NCBI GenBank assembly: GCA_038496445.1
Contig: JALMLS010000228.1
Span: 496,001 to 560,000 of the forward strand
Source: Trichosphaerium sp. ATCC 40318
Lineage: Eukaryota; Protista; Tubulinea
Length of the DNA stretch: 64,000 nucleotides
Reading direction: 5' to 3'
Part shown: one piece after another, positions 12,708 to 25,028 of the stretch
How positions within the stretch are numbered: the stretch's first letter is position 1
Layout of the letters: each line of letters opens with the position of its first letter
Position numbers and translations under genes: made by a program
The notes under the pieces: generated by a model
Seen by the model: the letters and a program-made list of their open reading frames with translations, nothing else
Database searches by the model: none
Told to the model about the DNA's origin: nothing

Positions 12708-15700
12708 TTAAAAATCGAAGATGGACTTTTTCTCTTCCTTTTTTACAACGACTGTAGGTGCGTCTGATTTGAATAAGTCCTCTTCATCTGATAAATCATC
12801 AAATAATCTGTTTATTACCTAATAATAAGATAAGCATGTCAATGGTTTGTAATTCAGAAAAAGAAAGCAAAAAAAAAAATAAGGATGAATCAAAGTACCT
12901 TTGGTTTGGCTTCTGTCTTCTGCTTTGAAACGCCTAACCAATCATCCATGTCATCATCACTCTCTTCTTTTAAAGCAGGTGCTTTTTCGGCTTCTGTATC
13001 CCAAGAATCAACGGAAACAGGCTTAGATGGTTTGGTTTCTTCCACAAATATATCATCTTTTGATTTGGGTTTTTCAACGACCTAGCATCGCCATCAGTCT
13101 CAATAAATCAAAATGCAAACTGTAAGACTGTAGGTATATTATCTTACCGTTGTAGAGAATTCGTCGTCTCCATTTGGAGTATTGAACCTAGTCAAACATG
13201 AGATGTTAAAAACCAAACAAGAAAAAAAAATTGCGTACAAATCGACATCTTCTGTTTCTTTAGGCGCTGCTGCAGATATCAAAGCGTCTATCTCATTATC
13301 TTCATCGCTACCAAGCAATTCATCTAACTCTCTTTGCTTTCTAGCTTCCTCAGTCTCTCTGACAGCTGTTTCTTCTTTTTCTTTGAGAGCTCTATTTTTT
13401 AAAAAATGAGTAAATTACTTACAAGGACTTAGTGATTTCGTACTTTTCTTCCAATGCCTGTATGTCCTTCTGCTCTTTTTCTAGTAACTTCTTTTGTTCC
13501 TCAACTTCTTTTTCTTCTTGTGCCTTCTTCTCAGCTAACAGTTTTTGTTCAGCGGCTTGTTTCTTCTGTAACCGTTCTTTCCTTTGTTGTTCACGTTTTG
13601 CTTTACGTTCTTCAGCTAAACGGTTCGCCTTAGCTTCAGCATCTTCTTTTGCTGGCGTACTACGTAATGAACATTAGCAAAAAGCGAATAGAACAGAAAG
13701 AAGAGAAACCAAAGAAAAAAGACGACTTCAAAAAAAAAAAAAGGACTCGTACGTTTCAAGTGGTCCTTCTTCAATTACTGCAGCGTCAGCTTTTTCTGCA
13801 GCAGCACGTGCATCAGCTAGCTTGTTTCTAGCTTCTTCTTGTTGTTTATTTAACTCGTCTTCTTTAGCTTTTCTGACTTGTTCCCTTTCACGTTCTTGTC
13901 GTTCTTCCTCTTCAGCAACAGCTCTTCTTTCTTCATCTGCCTCCACTAATTTGGCTAAATCTTCAGCTTCTTTTTTAGCTGCTGCTTCTTTTGCGGCTGC
14001 TTCTTTAGCAGCGGCTTCTTTGGCTGCAGCTTCTTTGGCGGCTGCTTCTTTGGCTGCTGCTTCTTTAGCAGCGGCTTCTTTAGCAGCGGCTTCTTTAGCT
14101 GCCGCAGCTTCTTTTTGTGCTTTAGCCTTCGCTTCTTGCTTCTTCTTTTGGTCTTCTAATCGCTTTGCTTCAATTTGACGTTTCTCTTCTTCAGCCTTTC
14201 GTCTACCCGGCGATAATTCATCTTCAGTAACATCCGTTCCTTTTGCTAAGCTCTCAAAACGAGCAAGAATACTAGCTTTCTTTGAAAGTGCAGGATTTGA
14301 TTTTTTCGGTTTAACGGCCGCTGGTTTCTTTGCTTGTGCTGGTTTTGGTTTAGCAGGAAGCTGGCGAGATACAGCTAGTATTTAATTAGTCTTTCACAAG
14401 AAAAATATTCACTGAGCGCACGTGTAGTAGTTTTTGCAGGTGAAGTTGTAGCTGGTTTTTTTTGAACTGGCTTTTCAGCAACTTTTTCCTTTGGTTTACT
14501 ACTCCACTCGAAAGTTTTTGGTGTTGATGTTACAACAACTGTTTTCTAAATACCTTTAGTAAGCACAAAGCACCACAGACAAAAAAGTAGCTTTCAAGCC
14601 AATAGGCAACATTAAATGTCGTACCTCTTTTTCTGCTATTTGCTCCCACTTGGATACCAAACTAGCTTTTTTAGAAACAGTCCTCTTTACTGGCTCGCGT
14701 GCTACTGGTTTTTTAGTAGCAGGTTTAGGTTCAGCGGGTTTTTGTGATACAGGCTTTTGAGCAACTGGTTTAGGTTGAGCGGTTTTCTGTGCTACAGGCT
14801 TTTGAGCAACTGGTTTTGGTTGAGCGGTTTTCTGTGCTACAGGCTTTTGTGCCACTGGTTTCGGTTGAGCGGTTTTCTGTACTGCAGCCTTTTGTGCCAC
14901 TGGCTTTTTAGGAAGTGCACCTAAAAACGGGTTAAACATACTACTTAGTTTAACAACACTACTCACGATTACCAGGACCACGTTTTGGCAATGGTCTCTT
15001 AGCGTTTGTGCTCTTTTTAGGAGAGCGTGCAGGACGCCTTCCACCCTTCTTTGGAGAGCGCTTTCTGTTTGCAAATCTTGCTGCACGTTGATCAGCTCTT
15101 GATGGCTTTTTCTTGGCTGCTCCTGCGCCAGGTTTTTTGGCAGCAGGTTTATTCATGCGTGGTGGTCCTCTAGATCGCATAGAACCTGCTGAAAAATTAT
15201 TTGAGTTAATGCACTTTCTAAAACTGTCTCGAACGAGGTTCTTTTTTTTTTGTAGCTACCTGAAGATCCAGATGAGCCGCCTAAGGAATTAAACGTGCTG
15301 ACCAGACCAAGAACAGAGCTGTATCGACGTGTTAATCCTCTTCTTGGGTTATCTAAATACACAATATATATACAATACATAGATACACAGATAGAAGAAA
15401 ACAAAGGTACTTTAAGGTTTTTTTGAAAAAAAGAAAAAGTCAAAAATCACGTGATATTTTTAAGACAACATCGAAAAGTTGTATTCGCTTGTAAATTGAG
15501 TATAAAATAGGTGTATGTATATAAAAGACAAAATAAAGCAGGGTAAAGCTAAAGCCTTAAAAAAAAGATTTACCATCTTCTTCAGCGTCCTTAGTCGCTG
15601 TTGTTGTCGCTGCAGGCTTCGATGTAGCATTACCATTAGTTTTAGGTGTAGTTGTTTTTGCCACTGGTTTAGGTGCTGCTGCTTCTTTTGTCTTTGGAGG

Positions 15701-16696
15701 CGAACGTTCGACAACCTTTTTAGGTTCTTCTTGTGATCTCGGTTGTGTTGACCATTCGAATGTTTTAGGTGTAGATGTTACTACCTCCGCTTGCTAATGT
15801 TTTTATTAATTAAATGACAACACTCGAGAAATTAAAACCCAAAAACACCTACACCACCCACAAAGCACATTTTTTTCTGGAGATTGTTGACGAAAAGAAT
15901 TACAGTTTTTTATACCCCCTTTTGTATTAGCGTAGAAATGAAGCTATTCTTATTTCTCTTATTTTTTGATGCTTTTTTTTTTGGTGTACCTGTTGTGCCA
16001 AGCGCTCGAAACGTGCGGCAAGGGAACTGGCTTTAGCTGACTTCTCACCAGCCGTAGTTGGTGTAGGCTAAGACAGGTGTCAATCATTTATTTTTCGTGT
16101 TTTTTGATTCACGAAAATAGAATGCGTGCCTGTGTAGTCTTTTTAGGCTCCGGCGCTTTGTTACCATTACTAGAACGCGGACTGGTCCGTTTGACATTTT
16201 TTCTTACTACAGGCCTGCTGGAACTTGAAGGCGCAGCAAAGTTTGTGCCTTTTTAAGCGTGAGTAACGTAATTTAAAGCGTTTTAATACCAGGTTTTGCG
16301 ATAAATGCTTTTTTTTGCCCTTTTCCTCCCACAAACTTTTTACGTCCAAATCCTTCATCATAGTTTCCTTTAAGCTTGAAAAGCTAAAAAAGAAATTCAG
16401 TATTTGTCTCGAAATATGTACTGGAAGTTTCTGTATAAATCACACTTACCTGCTTAAAATGAGGCTTACAATAGAAGTTACCGGCAAGACTGGCGTAATT
16501 ACCGGCGTTTAAAGTTTTTCTACATTGAGCGCACTTAACACACGTCTACAAAGGATTAAACGACTCTAATGAACGTACTAAGCTATAAGAGAGCGTTTTG
16601 TACCTTGTGATAAGCTACTGTTTCGATAACTAGTTTATCCATAGCGTAAACACGCTTGCCGCAGGTTGGACATATTATCTTAGCGACTTTAAACAT
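12708..16696 (-). CDS. LIM-domain protein with a long Lys/Pro/Ala-rich region, charged helical rod and acidic LF-motif tail (cytoskeletal scaffold)
   Basis: Spliced N-terminus CPTCGKRVYAMDKL..AYHK|TCVKCAQCRKTLNAGNYASLAGNFYCKPHFKQ|LFKLKGNYDEGFG is an EPLIN/LIMD2/WLIM-type LIM. C-terminus LFDDLSDEEDLF...SIFDF*. Confidence 0.8.
13974..14111 (-). repeat. Coding repeat EAAAAK(EAAAK)8
   Basis: 15-nt units with varied synonymous Ala codons, in frame within the LIM gene. Confidence 0.95.
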
Positions 16697-16949
16697 TTTC
16701 TGTCTGCGTTGTCACGCTTTTTTTACCAAAAAATGAATGATTTTTCGATTCAGTATTTTTACATTTACTACCCAAACAAGATGACGTCAGCCTCAAAAAT
16801 TCTTAACCGTTTTTTTTAGGCATAAACACGTGCGTTGGTAATGTTTATCAAGGTTTTATCCATACACTACCTTTGTCTTTTTCTCAAGTCATCGTAAACA
16901 CTAGTTCTAAGCGTGAATACCTCTCTTCATTAATTTGGGTCTGTCCAGC

Positions 16950-18301
16950 AGACTATCATACTGCCTCATGAAAATTCTGTTTTCACGCCTTAATTTCTGA
17001 CCATCTCTACGAATTGGGCACAATCACCTATTGAAACTCGCTTATACATTGCGTGAACGGACACCAACGTGGACTTTATGCGTATCTACTATGGTCAACT
17101 TCTCCATGCTTAACATATCGAGACCAAATAGTTTTCTATCATTATCAACCACAGATAATTCAACGCCACTATCGGCGAATAGCCATAGGTAGGTTCCACC
17201 TACTTGTCTATCTATACTAATAAACACTCTATCACATAGGCACTCGAAAGTTCTACTAGCAAAAGGAAGTAATGCTACTAACTTACATGATGATCGTAGG
17301 TATCTGTACTGTTCTCAGATTTAAAATAATATGCCATTTATACGTTCATAAGGCCTTGTCTGACAATAGACAACAGATTCTCACTAGCTGAAATACTTTC
17401 CACTTTCGCAATACTATTGTGAATGTGTACAATTCCTGTGGATTACGTCACTGTAGCTACCACTTGGTGTTTGCATAAATACCAGGCGAGCGAATTGAAA
17501 TTACCCCATGTAACTTCGTATTTCTTTAGCATTAGGTCTTGCTTATGTTCGTATGTTTGCTTTTTTGGTAGTCATGACCACTTACCAAAGCGCCACCAAG
17601 TGTTTTGAAGCAAGTTTAGCAGCGAATGAAGACAAACTTATTGTTATTTTGGCCTGAGAGACATAAAATGATCTGAAACTTACTGTTCCAAGGCAATCAG
17701 AAAAAAGCACACTACCACTTGAACCGTACTAACGAGCAAAACTGATAAAGCTAACGAAAGATTAATGTTCTCAAGACTAAACTAAGATTCAAAGCCCAAG
17801 GATGAACAAATGGTTTCCAAAATTACAGTTCATACAATACTTCATCCTAGTAGCTTGCTACAATGCAGGATGTCAGCTAAGCTCACTTTAGCTTTAGAGT
17901 CAACTCTTTTCTTTTTTTTTTTTCTTTGAAGAACTCTGTGTGCACAAATCACGTTTATCGCGTACTTGGATAGCTTTTGCTTTGTTCCAGACCAAAAAAC
18001 CAACGTGGAATGCCTGAAGGCTGTAAATGGAGATTATTGGCTCTCTATCGCGTCGAACCGTATGTCAGAGACAGCTACGCAATATTTATTTTCTGTAGCC
18101 TTTTTGCTATCACTCAGTAAACCACTTTCTTCCTACAGCAACAGTATGTTCAGTTTAGCAACCATGGTCAGTTGACTACGCTCCAATCGTCACAACAAAG
18201 CGTAAAGTATCAACGCTAGTTTAGTGTCGTTTGTACCACGTGCGTATTACGTCAAGTTTTGCAAAACGCCTCTTAAGAGCTTTTCTAGCGTGGGTAGGCA
18301 T
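16950..18301 (-). CDS. Hypothetical multi-exon gene, divergent from Hv1; boundaries uncertain
   Basis: Several open segments bounded by GT/AG (e.g. QVGGTYLWLFADSGVELSVVDNDRKLFGLD...); no recognised domain. Confidence 0.35.
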
Positions 18302-18417
18302 GTTGGCCCAGATAAAGTGGATGGCAGATTTTAGGCGACTTTCGGGCACGAAAACTCCAGATTGAATTTTGTTTTGAAGGTTCGTACTAGCATTCCTTAC
18401 AGCTTTTCTTCTCGCCA

Positions 18418-19893
18418 ATGTCCAATTACATACAAACAAACTCTATTCAACAGCCACACCGCTTATCAACCGAAACAAGTGACGTAAGCTATACAAAACT
18501 TGATCAAGAAAGTACCGATACGCACGTGAGACACGTGAATGGTAAACAAAAGAGCGAAAGAAGTAAGCACGGAAATTATTTTCTCCACGTTTTTTGTTTT
18601 CAAGTTAAGAAACCCTTAGCGCGTAGAAAGTCATGTAGATGTACATGGGATACAGTTATACATTCAGAGCACTTTATGTTTGCGAGAAAACCCAAAAAAC
18701 ATGATACTTCTTGCTGGGGGTAAATTAAACAAGTTTCGGCTTTTTTTGTCTGTACTCACGTGCGCTCACCTTTATTAGGAATATTCGCTTTCAAACGGGT
18801 AGATTTTGGGAGTGCAAGCCTGTACAGGTCTTCTTGCTTATATTGCTAATACTAGATGTGGTTATAATTATTGGAGAGATAACAGTAGAACAATACAAAG
18901 AAGGCGTTCCAGAGATTAAGCATGACGTAGAACTTCATCATTTAAACATTTCAGAATTATGCTCAAGAGGGTTTAATTTCACGTTACTTGGTAATATAAA
19001 TAGTACCAATACGCTCACTGACGCTCACGGTGACATAAACAGTACATTCTATATTTTTACCAGCGAGGAAGCAATTTTGGAAGTCGTAGAAGTACGAATG
19101 GGTTTTTTTTAGAAGACAACTTTGAAATGTTGACAACATTACAGGCTACAGAGCTTGAGTTTATTGATGAGAGGCTACATATTTTAGAAATAGTACTAGC
19201 TATGACATCTAAAGCTATATTAGGCTTATTTGAGGTTCGATCTATGGCTTAAATGAGCGCTAACACTTTTATTTTTAGTTGGAATTGATCTCATTGATAT
19301 TTGCTTTTGGCATTGATTTTTTCGCCAAGCCACTCTACGTTCTAGACTTTGGTATAGTTACTCTCTCTATACTTTTCAGTGTATTTATATCTGATGCTGT
19401 GGGTGCTGTTCTTGTTTTATTCAGGTTATGGAGATTTATACGTATTGTACACGCTGTCTATGCAACAGCTGATGAGAAACGAGAAAAGCAAAAGGTAAAA
19501 AACCAATCACGTGACAGAACAAAAAAAAAAAAAATTACTGATATTGAGACTGGCTTTGCCGTTGTTTTTGTGTGAGTTGCATAAAAAGAGTGACATTGCA
19601 CTTAGTGATGATAGCGAGACATAAAAACAACGGCAAACCGACGAGGCTCGCTTCTTTTTAAAGTTAATTTCGTTTTGTTATAGAAACGGTTCAAGAGGAA
19701 ACTTGAAGAGTCAGCGGACCACTTAGAAGCTTTAAAAGGTGCACAAAGGGAACTAGAAGAACAAGCCTTGGATATAATAGAAGACTGTAAACGGAAAAGG
19801 GCAGAGCTAGATGAATTGAAAGAAGTGCTAGAAAAACAGAAAGCTGAAGTGGAGAATACCAAAATTAAGCTTGAAAAACATAGTGAGGAGTAG
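18418..19893 (+). CDS. HVCN1: Voltage-gated proton channel Hv1
   Basis: S1 LLILDVVIIIGE (selectivity Asp), S3 VLDFGIV, S4 FRLWRFIRIVH (RxWRxxR signature), C-terminal coiled coil, no pore domain. Confidence 0.9.
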
Positions 19894-20146
19894 TTGATGC
19901 ACGAAATTGATTGATTTTTTGAAACATCGTTGTTTTTTTTCAATTCTGCCGCATCCTCGATGTAATAACAATAATAATGGCACTTTCTTCTTTCTTTTTC
20001 TTTTTCTTCCAGCGTTACTTTTAGTCTACCAAAGAAGGAATATTATGAGAAATCAGACAACAAAGTTAGTGTTTATAACAAAAAGGGTTTATTTAAAAAG
20101 AGGGTTGAGTATTTACACCACGAAATTATTACACAATGAGTACATC

Positions 20147-23100
20147 TTAGAACAAAATAGCAATAAGAGCAATAACCAAGAAGAATAATGGTTGAACGAA
20201 TGAAACATCACTAGTAGAGGTAGGTGGTTGCATTCTGACATCAGTGGAAGCAGATGTTGCTTGTACTGTTGGAGTAGTAATCTCCAAGACAGACTTCTTT
20301 GTAAAACCAGTCCATTGTACTTCAATAGATTCTCTCATTGTCCACCATGTAGCTGGCTCGTTAGGTCCAATGTTGATATCAACATCTGTTGGGTCAACAA
20401 CACAGCAGTATACACATGGTTTGTCACAATCACCTTGAGGAACCACAACACGTTGACATACTGATGTTGGGTAGTCAGTAAGAGGTGCAGGTGTACCGGT
20501 GCTCAATAGTCTTTCACCAGCAGAGAACTTTGTCAAGACAAGGTCATCAATTGGAGGTACACCTTCGCAGGCAACGTTTGTTGGGTTTGTTGAAATAACT
20601 TGGAATCTCAAGTTCATTCTATCAGTTCCAAAGAGATAAGTCTTGATGGGATCAGACCAGTCAGATACATAAGATGTAAGTGCAACACCTCCGACAGCAA
20701 CTTCTTCACGGATATCGTCACAGGATTGGGTACCTTCGATATCGACGTTAAGTTCAGCTGGCTTGGTTGCAAGGTTGATACAGAATTCAGGCCACAAGAT
20801 ACGAGCACCAACATCACATGTGTAGTGGAGGTTGGTAAAGATGTATGAGTATCTATTTGAGAGCATATCACAGTCTTCAAAGAAAACACGGATTCTTTGT
20901 GTGCAAACTTGTTCGCCCAAAGTGGTGGTTGGGTTAGTGACATCGTATTGACCAACACACGTGTTTTCAATGGTGTAGTCAACTTCAAGTGGAGATCCAG
21001 TAGATTGACGTTGGATTTTACCATCACCAATTTCAATAAGCTCAAAAGGAGCACGGAGACCAGTCTTTACTTCAAATTCCCTGTAAAGATAAAAGTAAGA
21101 ATATGGTTGTAAAACGTTTTGGTTGAACAAGTACGTACCAAGAACCTGAAGATGCTTGTTGTGTACCGTTTGCATCAAATAGAGGGTCGAGAGAGTACTT
21201 CAAGAGTGGAATGACAGCAGCCCATTGTACATCAGGTGGAGCAACGTAGTCAACCGTTACTTCACCGGTGAGGATCCACGGAGTGACAAGAATGATTCTG
21301 TGTTCATCACCAGCGAGACGAAAAGCTCTCACTCCGAGAGTATGTGCTTCAATATTGTAGAACCTGTCGACTGAGAACTCGAATTCGTAGATTTTGTAAC
21401 AAGCACCAGATACACACAGGTCAGGATCACATGCAGGGTTGTTTGGGCTAGCTTCTGCTTGATTGTTTTCGCTGCAGTAGACACGAGTATGACAACCTGC
21501 AGAAACGAGATCAGCAACGTTCCACTCAGCTTGATAAGTGGATCTGCAGTTTTCGTTGAAGTTTGGTTCTTGGACTGCCCATGGAGCATCACCACTCATC
21601 TTATACGGTGTATAGTCACATATGCGGTCTGGACGCGGGATAGTTGAGTATTTCTCAACAACGTATGGTTTGAATGTGACAGTTGTGTTCTCAGCGTAGT
21701 TGGAATAATCATGTACAATGGATTCCTCCCATGGAGTAGTGACCTTTAGAGCTAAGCGACCAGAAGCAAGGGTAGCGTCAACGGTGGTGTCGAATAATGA
21801 AGTAAGAGGAGAGACCTTAGATGGAGCACATATACCATTTCCGTTATCGTTAACAGCAGTTTCTGGAATACATTGACCTGAAGAGAAAAAGTTAAGAATG
21901 TTACAAGAGAAAGTTGCTTTAACCAAAAAAATTTATGGACGCACCGATGTATGATGGAACATCAAGAGTAGCTAGTTCAGTCTCTAGTTTTGTTTCAATA
22001 GCTGCTTGGAAAGCACCATAGTTGTTTGCAACATTCAATACAAAAGAGTCATCTCCAGTTACAATATGGTATTCGAAACACGTGATTATGGAACTGTATC
22101 TTTCAACAACAACAGCATTGACATCGTATCCTTCAGATGCAGCAAGGTCTCTTCCGGTAGTTGGTTCAGTGGGATGACATCCATCGCCGGATATATCAAT
22201 AATGACCTTTGACGGTGTCAAGTTTTGACTTTGGATATATGCTTTGGTGAATTGAACAGATTTAACTAAATTCGCAGAGACTGCTGTCCAGGAGCTGAAT
22301 GGCCTTGTAGTGAGTGTTCTTAGTTTTTTACCGAAAGCAATAGAATCAGCAGCATTACATAGAACGCTCCAATCTCCATTGAAAGCTGGTTCAAAGTGAT
22401 TGCTTCCTGAGAAGAACTGGAGGCTGACGTGAGTGCAAACACCAGAATCAGCAATCAAATTTTGAATGGTGTAGGAGAACTCGAAGGCATTAGCGTAACC
22501 TGCTATCATTTGATTCCACTCAGTATTGTTGATTGAGTTAGAGTCATCAACAAGAAGGGATAAGACGATATCGCCACTTGGGCCACTAGAGGACACTGCA
22601 GAAGCAGAGGATCCCGCTGGAGTGTAGGTAGTGCTTCCATCAGTGAAATCTCCATCAACAGACCAATATAGGGATGGGAAGACAACAGGGTCGTTGATCT
22701 TCAAGTTGATAGATTGAACACTTTGAGTAGAAAGGCTGGCACAGTTGGATCCAATGGTACCAGTAGCATTGTAGGATGTATCTCTGATGGTTTCAGAAAT
22801 ATCTTTAGACCAAGCTGTGTGCATGATGCTCAGATCGCAAGAATATAAATCAGCGTATATGTGAGAGTTTTCAGCTCCATCATAAGAGAAGAATGTACCG
22901 AAACTAAATGAAAGAAGTTAAGTAAATTAGATTGTTGCCGAGAAACAAAACAATAAAGAATCGAAGTTTGATGATCTTTTTTTTGGCTAACACGTGGTAA
23001 AGTACGTACGTTGGTGCGCTGAATTGGTAACGACCAGAAATACGTGGGAAGAAAGCATCACCAACATCACAGTAATCAACACAAGATGTGAGAATAAAGT

Positions 23101-23986
23101 TGGAGTCACGTTTAACATTTGTTGGGTTTCCAGCGGAACCAATCTTTTTCATCCAACCCCACACAGAGCTTTGCTCAGCAGTAGAACCGAAACCAGTTCC
23201 TATTGCAGTAGCATATCCACGAGAAGGCGAAGTCATTTCATCAAAAGCAATGCTAAACGCAACAGTAAGTACAAAGCTATTTTTAGAATACAACAAAGCG
23301 CGCACTATGTGATGACAGTTCCAGCAGTGTTTTTACCTTTAAGGTAACCTGAAGCAGATGTGGATTCCCAGGTACGTATGTTTGCTGGATCAGAAGCAGT
23401 AGCGCTGGTGGATAGTGGAGAAGAGAGCTTTGAGAACTCAATTGTGTACTTTAAGATATATTGTGAAGCTTGAGAAGGAATCCAATCAAAGTTGGAGTCA
23501 GCAGGTCCACCATAAACCATACCGAACACGGTCATGGTAGCTGTTTGGTTATCTGTAGCCAAGTCGTAGTAAGCGCGAACATCGGCATATTTTGTTCCCA
23601 AAACGGAATAGTCGCAAGAGAAAGAAGCAGGTTCTGCACCCGATACTGTTGAGAAGATGTCATCCATGCGGATGCAAATTTGTTCATTTGCTTGGTTTCC
23701 AAGTGTTGTACCACTAGTTTTAGTCAGATACAAGTCGGGTTATCCACAATTAGCCGAAAAGAAGATCAAAAGCTATGTAAGAGCGTACATTGCGTCTTCT
23801 ACGCGGTAAACACCGGCAAGGTCTGGTGTGAAGGTACCACCATGTTGGCAGTAGCCGTCTTTACCTGCAAAGGCAAGTGCTATTATAGCACAAAGAACAA
23901 CAACTAGTGGTTTGTAAGGTTACTGGTAATTAACCACAAAACAATATTGCAAGCGCTGATTATTAGTACTACGTACATTTTATCAT
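20147..23986 (-). CDS. Large secreted, probably GPI-anchored surface protein containing a vWA (DUF1194-like) domain
   Basis: Spliced signal peptide MIKFVVLCAIIALAFA. vWA motifs LLVDDSNSIN (DxSxS) ... KVIIDISGDG ... RDLAASEGYDVNAV. Cys-rich domains, a Ser/Thr stalk and a hydrophobic C-terminus. Confidence 0.8.
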
Positions 23987-24251
23987 TTGTTGGGGTTGTC
24001 GTGTACTTTTTAAGATAACGATTTGGGCATCTTCGGGATTTTGTGGGTCAAAGCCCTTTAATTGTTCACGTGAATTTTATGCATAAATAGCTTATATGAT
24101 ACTTTATACGCGTATATTGTACTTGTTAGAAGTCAGTTAGTATGTTTTTAATTAGTTACAGAGTTTTTCTTAAAAAACCAAAGCGCGAAACAAAAAACTA
24201 CAAAATTCAGAAAAAACTTGTTAACCCGGATTGTAAACTTCAAACTACATA

Positions 24252-24527
24252 TTATTCACACTTGTCAGTACTAAACACGGGATCAAATAGTACTCCCGTC
24301 TGTGCTACAAAACCTACCAAAAGCAAAGAGGCATATTTTTGTTTAAATTCAAGGTCACGTGAAAGTGATGTAACAATCGAGTTGCACGAACGTACCTTCG
24401 GGTAAACTAAAACAACGTCATCCAACACATACCCTCGAAGGCCTCTAAGCAACATTTCAAAGCTTGCAAACGTTTCTAATCCACTACCAAATTCTACTTG
24501 ACTTTGTTGAAAAATCACTGGTAGCAA
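24252..24527 (-). CDS. Probable last exon of a small hypothetical gene
   Basis: Open frame after an AG, with further GT/AG-bounded segments upstream to about 24950; no domain recognised. Confidence 0.3.
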   Translation of the reverse strand: MLPVIFQQSQVEFGSGLETFASFEMLLRGLRGYVLDDVVLVYPKVRSCNSIVTSLSRDLEFKQKYASLLLVGFVAQTGVLFDPVFSTDKCE

Positions 24528-25028
24528 CGCTCAAACTATACGAAAAAATATAGCGTATGACGCACGAGCCACTAGAAATACTAGCTTTACGTACTTGGTA
24601 AGGATGTAATTAATGTGAGCGCCAAGCCTGAAGAGAAATATTAAAACCACAAATTTGACACTTCATTGTAGCAAGCTTTTTTGTCGCTTTGCTAACGTGG
24701 TTGTATTGATACCTTACGTACTGTATTTTATGTTTCGGTTGGTTATAGTGTAGCATTTAGTCTTAGTAAGTTTCAAACAGCTTTGCGCGTATGGGTGCGT
24801 GTAATAACATACGCTAGTTGAGCAAGTGAAAGTACACGCTCTAAAACGTCTTTTTTTACTTCAGTTGGCCGTAAATAGTCAGTATGCTGATTTAATGTTG
24901 TAGTTTGTACTGCCCAAAAAGTTCTTAATGCCACAGACCGTATACTAAACGTGACGGCAGCAGAAGTAAAGCGTCAAAATGTCAGACGTTAAGTCATAGC
25001 ACACAGTCTACTTGCGAACAGTGTAAAA

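Noticed and set aside
13974-14111. Synthetic-construct contamination (EAAAK linker)
   Set aside because: It is in frame within a native intron-containing gene, grades into similar E/K/A-rich sequence, and has no vector parts nearby.
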